Source: Chitinophaga pinensis (lineage in GTDB: Bacteria > Bacteroidota > Bacteroidia > Bacteroidales > GCA-2748055). From it: a stretch of 64,000 nucleotides of DNA. The notes under the pieces were generated by a model. The model was not told where the DNA came from. It searched no databases and saw only the letters and a list, made by a program, of their open reading frames with translations. The stretch spans positions 6,655 through 70,654 of the forward strand of contig CAMAZH010000005.1 of the NCBI GenBank assembly GCA_945863035.1. Direction: 5' to 3'. The position numbers and the translations under genes were made by a program. The stretch's first letter is position 1, and every line of letters begins with the position of its first letter. Positions 47,543 to 56,319 of this stretch are shown in pieces.

Positions 47543-48067
47543 TTATTTCATTTTTCTCAGCCTTTCCTTTCTGGGACATTCCTTCTTGTTGCAAATTGCA
47601 CACTGCTCATTCATCTCCATCATTTCAGTAAAGATTCCGGAAAGTTGTTCCGACTGCTTCTCGTCGCAGATTTCCTTAACGATTATGAAGTGCTTGATCG
47701 TTTGTTTTTTGATAGATGCATTCAGGTTTCCGATTCGCACAGCAATGGAATCGAGTTTTTCATCCGAGGGATTTTCGCCGGCCAATTCATCCAGGAGGGA
47801 GAAGTGTGCTTCACAAAGCAAATCTACAAGAACATGGTATGCACGGAATACTTTATCGTCTTGCTTAGCAATTTCGGCATACTGTTTTTCATCCAACTTA
47901 AGCTCTTCCCTCAAGAACTCCAGGGAGCTGATTTTCTGCTGAGCCGTGGCAGCAGGTTCTGCCGGCTTGCCGCTCATAACGATGAAAGTGGCAAATGCCG
48001 ACAGGTTGACTGTCAGCAGTACGATGTTAAGCCACTTGATTGCTCGGGATTTCGGGTTTGAGTTCAT
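47543..48067 (-). CDS. Membrane-anchored Spy/CpxP/ZraP-like (LTxxQ-type) helical protein with Cys-rich C-terminal tail
   Basis: 174 aa with an N-terminal TM helix. The LTxxQ-like motifs are LKLDEKQYAEI and ICDEKQSEQL. The C-terminus is NEQCAICNKKECPRKERLRKMK. Confidence 0.45.
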   Translation of the reverse strand: MNSNPKSRAIKWLNIVLLTVNLSAFATFIVMSGKPAEPAATAQQKISSLEFLREELKLDEKQYAEIAKQDDKVFRAYHVLVDLLCEAHFSLLDELAGENPSDEKLDSIAVRIGNLNASIKKQTIKHFIIVKEICDEKQSEQLSGIFTEMMEMNEQCAICNKKECPRKERLRKMK

Positions 48068-48081
48068 GATTATTTACCGTT

Positions 48082-48657
48082 TTACTGATAATTTTTCCTG
48101 TAATAGTTTTTCAGATTGACCCGTAGATTCTTTTTAGCTCGAAACATAAGGGATTCAACAGTTGAGAGAGATAGCTCCAACATGTCACAAATAGTCTGGT
48201 AAGAACAGCCTTCCATTTTATGAAGAATATAGACTTTCCTTTGCCTTTCAGGCAATGCGTCGAGGGCCGCATCGAGAATTTGGCGTGCCTCTTCGTTAAT
48301 AAGTGTCTTTTCGGGATTGTCGGAGCTGATTTGCTCTTTCCCGGTTTGCTGCTGGGAAAAATGAATATCGGGGGAGAAATTAAGTTTCTTGCTTTTTGCC
48401 CGCCAGTTTATCGACTTATTAAAGGCAACGCGATGCAGCCAAAAAGAGATGTCCTCGGTTTGCCTGAGCGTGGAGATCGATTGGAACGCCTCGAGGAAAA
48501 CTTCCTGTCCCACATCCTCTGCATCGTCCCTGTCGCGAAGAATTTTATAGCAGGTGTTAACGACAAGGCATTGGTATTTTACGACAAGTAATCCAAAGGC
48601 TTCGTTTTCACCCTGAAGAACTCTCTTTACCAACGCCTGATCCGAATCACCCCCCAT
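48082..48657 (-). CDS. ECF-type RNA polymerase sigma-70 family factor
   Basis: 191 aa. Region 2 is DAEDVGQEVFLEAFQS...WLHRVAFNKSINW. Region 4 is SYQTICDMLELSLSTVESLMFRAKKNL. Confidence 0.85.
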   Translation of the reverse strand: MGGDSDQALVKRVLQGENEAFGLLVVKYQCLVVNTCYKILRDRDDAEDVGQEVFLEAFQSISTLRQTEDISFWLHRVAFNKSINWRAKSKKLNFSPDIHFSQQQTGKEQISSDNPEKTLINEEARQILDAALDALPERQRKVYILHKMEGCSYQTICDMLELSLSTVESLMFRAKKNLRVNLKNYYRKNYQ

Positions 48658-48678
48658 TTAGTACACTTTTTCAACAAT

Positions 48679-49107
48679 TCACTTCAATTCCCAGCCTTTG
48701 GATAAAATAACTGCCTCTGCCTCTTCCCTGGTTCTGAAGAGATCCCCTTCGGTTTCCCACCAGGTATCGCCATACGACATTCCAATCTTGTCGCAACCCG
48801 GTACATCCATGAGGTTAACTTTTTCAATTGCTTTAAGTTTTATCTGGTCGGATTTGATTGTCATGACTTTAGCCTTCACCGATTTAGCAAGACTGGAACC
48901 ATCGGCATTCTGCATTACAACAATACCATAGCACTCCACTCCCTTTGCAATCCATTCGCCAAAAGCAGCCTGAAGTTTAGGGTTCAGCTCTACGCCTGAT
49001 TGATTGGATGTTTTAAGGGTTTCGGAAGCAGGATTTTCCGGATTTGAAGTTTTGCAACTGCTAAGGGAGATAAATACTCCAAGCGAAAGGATAAGGATTT
49101 TTCTCAT
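48679..49107 (-). CDS. Hypothetical lipoprotein
   Basis: The internal ATG gives MRKILILSLGVFISLSSCKTS (lipobox). It lies 21 nt upstream of the sigma gene on the same strand. No recognisable domain was seen. Confidence 0.45.
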   Translation of the reverse strand: MRKILILSLGVFISLSSCKTSNPENPASETLKTSNQSGVELNPKLQAAFGEWIAKGVECYGIVVMQNADGSSLAKSVKAKVMTIKSDQIKLKAIEKVNLMDVPGCDKIGMSYGDTWWETEGDLFRTREEAEAVILSKGWELK

Positions 49108-49286
49108 AATGGATTTTTCGAAATTAAATATAAAGACAATGGTTTTCGAAAAAACTTGCACTCAAAAAATAATTTATAATGAATCTAAGGCATTTATTTT
49201 TTTATGTCGGTTGCAAATTTTTTCTTTCCACAAGAGTATCGATTCCTGAACATTTTCGCAATACCTGATTCCAGTGAAAAAAAATA

Positions 49287-49323
49287 AGGTTTACCTCCAG
49301 CTTCCAGCTGGAGGTAAACCTTA
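49287..49323 (-). terminator. Rho-independent terminator of the DUF2892 gene
   Basis: AAGGTTTACCTCCAG-cttccag-CTGGAGGTAAACCTT is a perfect 15-16 bp stem. On the minus strand it is followed by TTATTTTTTTT. Confidence 0.85.
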
Positions 49324-49368
49324 CACTTACTCTAAAAATAGAAAAACTGAGGCCTTCTGCCCGTCTGG

Positions 49369-49581
49369 CTATTTCTTTTCCTGCTTTTTGCAGGTACTGA
49401 TGCCAAAGGGGGCATAAATCGGGCAAAAGCTGATGAGACTGGTAAGCAGAAACACAATTGCCAGAATCAGTAGGATGATTCCCAGTATTCCCGGAATTAC
49501 TTTGGTGAAATAAAGAATAGCGATGACTGCTGCAATAATTACCCTAACGATTTTGTCGATAGTGCCCATGTTTTTTTTCAT
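49369..49581 (-). CDS. YgaP-like DUF2892 small membrane protein
   Basis: The start is at the internal ATG (MKKNMGTIDKIVRVIIAAVIAILYF...). It has two TM helices and the C-terminal motif FCPIYAPFGISTC. Confidence 0.7.
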   Translation of the reverse strand: MKKNMGTIDKIVRVIIAAVIAILYFTKVIPGILGIILLILAIVFLLTSLISFCPIYAPFGISTCKKQEKK

Positions 49582-49791
49582 AGTTCCTGGTTTTAAGGTT
49601 ATTAGAATCAGACAACGCAACTGCAACAAGGATTATCCTGAACAAGGTACCATTCTGCAAGCTTGCTTCTCATGTTCAATTCATCCTGCACTAACAAAAA
49701 AGCAAGCGGTTTGTTTATTTTACATTCTGCTCCGAACAACACAACATTCGGGATTCAGCAAAAAGAAGACATTGCTTTTTCATTTGAATTG

Positions 49792-52014
49792 CTACTCAAG
49801 AAAGGATTTCAGTAGTGTTAGCAAACCGATCGAATTCGAAATATTGTATTTAGCCAGGGAGGGGCTTAATCCGATTTTAATGGTGATAGCCGATTCGGGC
49901 ATTGCCCTGAAAAGGTATTCGTCGGTTTTATCATCCCCTGCAGCCAAAAAAAAGTCGAAATTTTCTGTTTTAATAAGAGATGTTGCAGCCTGGCCCTTAT
50001 CGAACCTGCCATTTTTAACTTCAAGTACTTTATTGCCTTCAAGGATTTCGAAATCTGTTTTATGCCGAATGATCTCTGCCAGATCGTCGCGCAACTCATG
50101 CAACCAAAGCTGGGCAAAATCGGCATCAGTATTCCGGTAATGCCAGGCTATGCTTCCGGTTTTTTCCTCAAGAAAGGTACCGTTGCAGCGGTTCACATAT
50201 TCTGTGAGAATAGGTAGAACGTCCTCTTTCCACTTTGGGTCCGAACTAAGGGTTGCGGTCCAATTTTCATTTACAGGCCTAATGAAATAGCCATGCTCTG
50301 CAACCAGGGTTACGTTTGCGCCTTCAAATTGCTTTTCGAGAAAGTCCTTTCCCCTTCCGCTAATAATAACCACCGTGTTTTTAACATCCTTCGCCAATTC
50401 CTTAACGATATCAAAAGTGCTAAGGTCAATAGTTGCCAATTCGGGGTATTTGGCAAATGGCACCAAGGTACCGTCATAATCAAGAAATATAATTCGTTTA
50501 TCAGCCTTTTGGTAATCGGAATGGATTTGCAATGAGATGGGCGTATTGACAAACTTCACGCTCATGCGCTTTTGTTGTATTTTGGTGTCGTTTGCCTGAT
50601 CGAAGAAATCAAAGGCCCAGGCAAATACGTTATAGTTCGAAATTCTCGACTGCATTCTGACAATTCTTGATTTTTTTTCTTCGAGGGGCATTTCCAGAGC
50701 AGTGCAGATTGATTCGGCAATTTCAACCTTGTCTACCGGGTTGATTAATAATGCTTCACTCAGTTCAGCCGCTGCTCCTGCCATCTCGCTAAGAATTAGC
50801 ACTCCGGTATGCTCGACCTGGCAGGCCACGTATTCCTTTGCAACCAGATTCATACCATCGCGCAGTGGAGTAATAAGACCAACATCGCTTAAATCATAGA
50901 GAGCTACCAGCTCGTTAAACGTCAAGGATTTGTACTGATAGATTATTGGCTGCCAGGCCAGGGAATTGTACTTTCCATTAATCCGCCCTACCGCATATTC
51001 GATCTCCTTTTTCATTTCCTTATACTGCTTAATCTTGCTTCGGGAAGGTACAACAACCATATTGAACACCACCCGGCCATGCCATTCGGGATGTAATTCA
51101 AGGAAGGTCTCATATCCCTGAAGCTTTAAAAGCAAACCCTTGGAATAGTCGAGCCTGTCGACCGAGAAAACCAGCTTGTAATTTGACAGAAAAGCCTTTA
51201 TCTTGCTTTTTTCAACCAGCACGCCCTCGCTCAGGCATGCGGAATGAAACTTGTCGTAATCAATTCCTATCGGGAAAGCATCGGATTTGACAAGTTTATT
51301 TGGGGTGTAGATTTGATTCTGGTGACATTCGTAGCCGGTTGTCCGCTTAACCGATTTGATGAAATTTTGAGAATAGTCATTGGTGTGAAAACCAATTAAG
51401 TCGGCTCCCAATAGTCCGTTTATGATTGACTCCCTCCAGTTTCTGGGCATTAGTCTGAATATTTCGAAGGAAGGAAATGGGATATGCAGAAAAAAACCGA
51501 TGGTTGCCTCGGGAAATTTCTGTCGGATCATCTCGGGAAGAAGCATTAGTTGATAATCGTGAATCCAGATGAAATCACCCGGCTTTATGATTTTCACGAT
51601 TTCATCGCAAAACCTGGAGTTAGCCTCCACGTAAGCCTTATAATACTCGCTTTTAAAAACACTATAGGAAGTGAAATAATGAAATAAGGGCCAAACAAGA
51701 TCGTTACAAAATCCCCCGTAATACATCTCATTTAGTTTCTCGGGCAGAATAACCGGTGCGATATCAAAAAAATCGTTCTCAAATTTAGCCCCTGATGCAC
51801 TACCGGGCAAATCATCCGCAATGCCGGCCCAAACAATTTTACTGTCGGCAATCTGGCTATTGCTTTTCCTGAAGTTCTCCGACAATGCCAGAATTGCAGA
51901 AACAAGCCCTCCCGAATTTTGCTCAGCCTTTAAGCCTTTTTTGGTTTTACTGAATTTGAAAGGCAACCGGTACGCCGCAATTACCAATCTTTCAAAATGC
52001 CTTGTTTTGTTCAT
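49792..52014 (-). CDS. otsA: Bifunctional trehalose-6-phosphate synthase (GT20) / trehalose-6-phosphate phosphatase (HAD) fusion
   Basis: The start is at the internal ATG (MNKTRHFERLVIAAYRLPF). The GT20 core is ...WIHDYQLMLLP...FFLHIPFPS...PLRDGMNLVAKEY. The C-terminal HAD motif I is IIFLDYDGTLVP, and GDDKTDE follows. Confidence 0.9.
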   Translation of the reverse strand: MNKTRHFERLVIAAYRLPFKFSKTKKGLKAEQNSGGLVSAILALSENFRKSNSQIADSKIVWAGIADDLPGSASGAKFENDFFDIAPVILPEKLNEMYYGGFCNDLVWPLFHYFTSYSVFKSEYYKAYVEANSRFCDEIVKIIKPGDFIWIHDYQLMLLPEMIRQKFPEATIGFFLHIPFPSFEIFRLMPRNWRESIINGLLGADLIGFHTNDYSQNFIKSVKRTTGYECHQNQIYTPNKLVKSDAFPIGIDYDKFHSACLSEGVLVEKSKIKAFLSNYKLVFSVDRLDYSKGLLLKLQGYETFLELHPEWHGRVVFNMVVVPSRSKIKQYKEMKKEIEYAVGRINGKYNSLAWQPIIYQYKSLTFNELVALYDLSDVGLITPLRDGMNLVAKEYVACQVEHTGVLILSEMAGAAAELSEALLINPVDKVEIAESICTALEMPLEEKKSRIVRMQSRISNYNVFAWAFDFFDQANDTKIQQKRMSVKFVNTPISLQIHSDYQKADKRIIFLDYDGTLVPFAKYPELATIDLSTFDIVKELAKDVKNTVVIISGRGKDFLEKQFEGANVTLVAEHGYFIRPVNENWTATLSSDPKWKEDVLPILTEYVNRCNGTFLEEKTGSIAWHYRNTDADFAQLWLHELRDDLAEIIRHKTDFEILEGNKVLEVKNGRFDKGQAATSLIKTENFDFFLAAGDDKTDEYLFRAMPESAITIKIGLSPSLAKYNISNSIGLLTLLKSFLE

Positions 52015-52112
52015 GTTTTGTAATTGTTGACAGGTCTGAGTAAAGATAACCCGATATCTTACAAAAACGGTAAAAAAAGTGGTAAATTGGGCTATTAACC
52101 TATATTGCACAC

Positions 52113-53162
52113 ATGGATACCTATATAAACAACGAATCCACCAAACTGGTTTTAGCAATAACCTCCTTTATTGCGGTACTTGTAATTGTCTATTTTATCT
52201 ATCGATTCATTGTATCGGGATTGCAAAGAAGAGTCTCCGTAACACCCGGGAAAATAGATGATTTCATAGTGCAGCTATTTAAGATCCCTGCCTTATGGTT
52301 GATCTACTGGATTCTTTTGAAGATCTTCACCCACGTTTTCCTGACCAGCCTAACTGTTTACCCCTATCTGCTGCACGTCAACTCATTACTTCTGATATTC
52401 GCCGTTTCGTGGGTTGCCATTCAGTTTGCAAAAGCCGGTGCCTATTATCTGCAGGGGAAACTGGATCTGAAAACTGCCAACAACCTTCAGGCACGCGAGA
52501 GGCTCACGAAAATTAAAGTATTCAACACTATTGCAAACTCGGTTATCGTAATCATTGCAATTTCTGCGGCATTGATGACTTTTGAGCAGGCACGTGCCAT
52601 AGGAATAAGTCTGTTGACTTCAGCAGGGATTATCGGGATTATTATAGGATTTGCCGCACAAAAAAGCATCGGTATGTTTCTGGCGGGCATACAACTGGCG
52701 ATTTCCCAGCCAATTCGAATCGATGATGTTGTTATTGTGGAGGAGGAATGGGGCCGGATAGAGGAAATAACACTAACCTATGTGGTAGTAAAAATCTGGG
52801 ATGAGCGCAGATTGATTTTGCCGGTAACCTATTTTCTGGAAAAGCCGTTTCAAAATTGGACTCGCAAAAGTGCCGATATTACCGGAACAATATTTCTTTA
52901 CGTGGATTACAGCTTCCCAGTGGAGAGCATCCGGAGCACACTGCCGGAATTGCTCGAAGGAAATGCCGATTGGGACGGCAGAGTGGTTAACGTACAGGTT
53001 ACCAAAGCAACCGAGCATCATAAGGAGGTAAGGATTTTGCTTAGCAGCTCCGATGCCTCAAAAAACTGGGATTTACGTACGGACATCCGGGAGAAACTTA
53101 TTGATTTTATAAACACTAATTATCCCGAGGCGTTTGCGAAAATCAGAATCAAAACCATTTAA
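52113..53162 (+). CDS. MscS-family mechanosensitive ion channel
   Basis: 349 aa. It has 4-5 N-terminal TM helices followed by the conserved pore/beta-domain FAAQKSIGMFLAGIQLAISQPIRIDDVVIVEEEWGRIEEITLTYVVVKIWD. Confidence 0.85.
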   Translation: MDTYINNESTKLVLAITSFIAVLVIVYFIYRFIVSGLQRRVSVTPGKIDDFIVQLFKIPALWLIYWILLKIFTHVFLTSLTVYPYLLHVNSLLLIFAVSWVAIQFAKAGAYYLQGKLDLKTANNLQARERLTKIKVFNTIANSVIVIIAISAALMTFEQARAIGISLLTSAGIIGIIIGFAAQKSIGMFLAGIQLAISQPIRIDDVVIVEEEWGRIEEITLTYVVVKIWDERRLILPVTYFLEKPFQNWTRKSADITGTIFLYVDYSFPVESIRSTLPELLEGNADWDGRVVNVQVTKATEHHKEVRILLSSSDASKNWDLRTDIREKLIDFINTNYPEAFAKIRIKTI

Positions 53163-53199
53163 AGCAGAGAAAATCGACCTATTGATAAAACCGCGTCTT

Positions 53200-53829
53200 T
53201 TAAGCCTTGTTTTTTTTATACCGGAATGCCTTATAAACCAGGTAAGCCACCACTAAAAAACCAAGGATCCAGAATGCGATTTTTAATTCATGATAGTACA
53301 ATTCGAGCAGATCTTTTTGAGTATAGAGAAAATAGCCAAGGGCTGTCAGCACTGCATTCCAGATCATGGCGCCCAACATGGTATACAAAATAAAATCCGG
53401 TATTCTCATTTTGCTCAGGCCGGCAGGAATAGAAATCAACTGCCGAACGGCTGGCACCAATCGACCAATAAAGGTTGACAGATTTCCATATTTGCGAAAA
53501 TAGTCCTCCGCCTTTTCTATTGATGCCGGAGTAATAAGCATCAGGTTTGCTACCCGTGTATCAGCAAGTTTGTAAATTATCTTCCTTCCCACAAACAGTG
53601 CAACATAATAATTGAACAGAGCTCCGATAAGGGCTCCCAGGGTGCTGAAAAGGAACACCAGCCAAACATTCAAATCACCCTGTGCCGCTTTCCACGCAGC
53701 AGGAGGAATAATTATTTCAGAGGGGAATGGAATAAAGGAACTCTCTATTGCCATTAACAAAGTGATTGTTCCATAATTTATGTGCGCCATATACCAATCG
53801 GCCACTGAAGTGAAAATCTCCGAAATCAT
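53200..53829 (-). CDS. DedA-family (SNARE-associated) membrane protein
   Basis: 209 aa. The motifs are ESSFIPFPSEIIIPPAA and FIGRLVPAVRQLISIPAGLSKM. Confidence 0.85.
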   Translation of the reverse strand: MISEIFTSVADWYMAHINYGTITLLMAIESSFIPFPSEIIIPPAAWKAAQGDLNVWLVFLFSTLGALIGALFNYYVALFVGRKIIYKLADTRVANLMLITPASIEKAEDYFRKYGNLSTFIGRLVPAVRQLISIPAGLSKMRIPDFILYTMLGAMIWNAVLTALGYFLYTQKDLLELYYHELKIAFWILGFLVVAYLVYKAFRYKKNKA

Positions 53830-53966
53830 TTATATCTGTTTAGTTTGCCAATATTTAACCTATACTTACCAATACGTTTCTGACAGTTGAATCAACGAGG
53901 GGGTGAAGATATAAAAATATGGCTTATGGTAATTATCCGTTAATCAAAAAACCACAGCCGGGAATT

Positions 53967-55520
53967 CTACTTTTCCAGTTTAAATATCTTAATGGAATTG
54001 TACTCTCCTATTGGCTTTGTCATAAAACTCTGTAGGTATGCTCGATTGGCTGTCTCCTCACCGTGTATAACCAAATATTTGGCACCCCTGTCAATCGATG
54101 CCTCAACAGCCGCACTGTCGGAGTTGTATCCGAGGCAACCCGTCCATCCTCTTTGATTCATGAGGTAGAGAGTGAAGTGAGTCATGTCGGGCAGGCAAAC
54201 CACGGTGTCCATGGGTGCAATACCAATCGACCGAAGGTAGGGAGTAACCTCATGGTAGTCTTTATATTCCGGATGCTCGGTCCACCAGCCATAGTAACGT
54301 CCATACATCTCATTCCGGGAATGGTTCATATTAAACAACAGGAATCCAAGAAAAAGAATCTTCAGGTAATAACCTGAGAAGGCTTTGGGGAAGCGGTTTT
54401 TCAGAACCCAACCGAAATTCACAACCACAAAAACCAGCAGGATGTAAAGGTTAATAGTATAATAATCGTGATCCTTGAAAGTCGGGAACCAAAGGAGGAC
54501 ATAGGCAACTGTTCCCAGCAACAGCAAGATGTTCACAATCATCAGAAAACGACTGGCCTTCTTGATAAACGCCAATGTAAAGAGGAATGCCGCCGATAAA
54601 AAGTAAAGCGCGTAAACATGAAAATACTGGTTAAGCCATAATCCCTTAACATTATCCAATACCATTTGAATCTGGGACGAATCGAGCTCCCAAATTGGAA
54701 TAATCCGGGTGGAGAAATAAACCGAGTTATGCAGCCCATTAAAATACTTCGCATAGAAAACCCAGGAGGCAATAACTCCAAAAGCAAACAGGATAGGCAA
54801 GGCTGTTTGAACCGGCTTTTCGAAAACCTTACCTTCAGTTCTGAATTTAAAAATATGCAGCAGCTCAATCAGAAATAGTATTGAAATGGCAACCAGGCTC
54901 ATCAGAGCCGTAATTTTAAACGCTCCTGCCAAAAGGAAAAACAATATCGCGATCAGAAAATCCCACCTTATCCGGCTGAAGTAAAATTTAAGCAAAAAAT
55001 ACCAGCCAATCAGCGCAAATGCCAGTGCTGAGGAATCAGAAAGGAAATTATTCCCATAATAAACAAGAACAGGCGATGTGAAAAAGAATAAGCTGAAAGC
55101 CGCAGACCAGAAAAAATCGCCAAAAAGCATATAACACAACTTAAACAGATAAAACAAGCCCAGCAGAAAAATCAGGGTGTTTACCAGCCGGTAGATAAAA
55201 TCGTGATAGCCGAATATTTTATAGAGACTCGCCACAAAATAATACCCGATGGGAATTTCACTCGGGGCCGAATAGCCGGATTTACTCCCGCCGGAAGTAA
55301 GATTGTGAGTCTGGGGCTGAAAGAAATGCATTCCGTTCTGGTAGTAATTCAGAGCAATGGATGCACAGTCGGACTGTCGCCAGTGATGAACAGATTGCGG
55401 CCGCTTGAGAGTTACCGAAGGGTAATTGTAAACAATGGCAAAAACCAACAACAATAAACCAAAACGAATATTTGGATTAAAAGACTGATTAATGGCCTGG
55501 ACTTTCTTGAAAAACCTCAC
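53967..55520 (-). CDS. Polytopic membrane protein, GT-C (ArnT/PMT)-fold glycosyltransferase-like
   Basis: 517 aa with about 11 TM helices and a soluble C-terminal ~100 aa. The first extracytoplasmic loop is HHWRQSDCASIALNYYQNG. The overall topology resembles 4-amino-arabinose/mannosyl transferases. The assignment is tentative. Confidence 0.4.
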   Translation of the reverse strand: MRFFKKVQAINQSFNPNIRFGLLLLVFAIVYNYPSVTLKRPQSVHHWRQSDCASIALNYYQNGMHFFQPQTHNLTSGGSKSGYSAPSEIPIGYYFVASLYKIFGYHDFIYRLVNTLIFLLGLFYLFKLCYMLFGDFFWSAAFSLFFFTSPVLVYYGNNFLSDSSALAFALIGWYFLLKFYFSRIRWDFLIAILFFLLAGAFKITALMSLVAISILFLIELLHIFKFRTEGKVFEKPVQTALPILFAFGVIASWVFYAKYFNGLHNSVYFSTRIIPIWELDSSQIQMVLDNVKGLWLNQYFHVYALYFLSAAFLFTLAFIKKASRFLMIVNILLLLGTVAYVLLWFPTFKDHDYYTINLYILLVFVVVNFGWVLKNRFPKAFSGYYLKILFLGFLLFNMNHSRNEMYGRYYGWWTEHPEYKDYHEVTPYLRSIGIAPMDTVVCLPDMTHFTLYLMNQRGWTGCLGYNSDSAAVEASIDRGAKYLVIHGEETANRAYLQSFMTKPIGEYNSIKIFKLEK

Positions 55521-55698
55521 TTGAATAAATTTTATTTAGTTCAAAAGTATGGCTTTTTGCGAAATCGCCCCAGGTTCGCACCCTTCTTAATTGAAATGAT
55601 GTCTGAAATGAAGCAATTCCCGATCTGCAAACCCTTGGTTAAAACCAGAGTCCACAAAGCCGGGAACTAAAGTAGGAAATATTTCAGAATCGAACGCG

Positions 55699-56319
55699 CT
55701 ACTCCAGGAGTTTCATCCCCTCCATTGCAGAGGAACCTGAGGGTGTATTCATCAATGCCTTATTGAACAACACTTTAGCTTCACGGTATTTTTTTAGCTG
55801 GAAATTAGTCCAGGCATACATTACCAGTCCGTCGTAATCGAAGGGATAAAGATTTACAACTTTTTCGAAATACTTTTCGGCTTTCAGAAAATCTTTCTGA
55901 CCATAGTAGATTAGTCCCAATCGGTGCATAACAACCGAATTATTCGGGGTAATCTCAAGGATTTTCTCATATTGTGCGATCACCGAATTCCAGTTTCCCA
56001 TGGCTGCCTGAGGTAAAACAATTCCTAACCGCGGTTCAATGGCAAAAGGTTTTAAAAGTATAGCCTTGTTATAATAACTTTGCGCATCGCTGAACAATCC
56101 AGAGGAATAGGTAAGCCAGCCCAATCGCAGGTTAATTTCGTAGGAGTTCTCGTCATAAACATTTCTGAGATCGAGTATGGCTTCGGCCAGATTCCCGGAA
56201 GCCTCGTGAAGGTAACTGTTCTGAAAGCCCTCAATAACTTTCGGGTAATCCTGACTAAACCCGGTAATTGTTAAAAATCCGATTAAAACCCCAATACATA
56301 ATTTTCTTAAAGTTTCCAT
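55699..56319 (-). CDS. TPR-repeat protein with signal peptide
   Basis: 206 aa. It has about four 34-aa TPR-like units (e.g. AQSYYNKAILLKP, AIAQYEKILEITPNN, AEKYFEKVVNLYP, AKVLFNKALMNTP). Its start overlaps the upstream gene by 13 nt. Confidence 0.7.
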   Translation of the reverse strand: METLRKLCIGVLIGFLTITGFSQDYPKVIEGFQNSYLHEASGNLAEAILDLRNVYDENSYEINLRLGWLTYSSGLFSDAQSYYNKAILLKPFAIEPRLGIVLPQAAMGNWNSVIAQYEKILEITPNNSVVMHRLGLIYYGQKDFLKAEKYFEKVVNLYPFDYDGLVMYAWTNFQLKKYREAKVLFNKALMNTPSGSSAMEGMKLLE

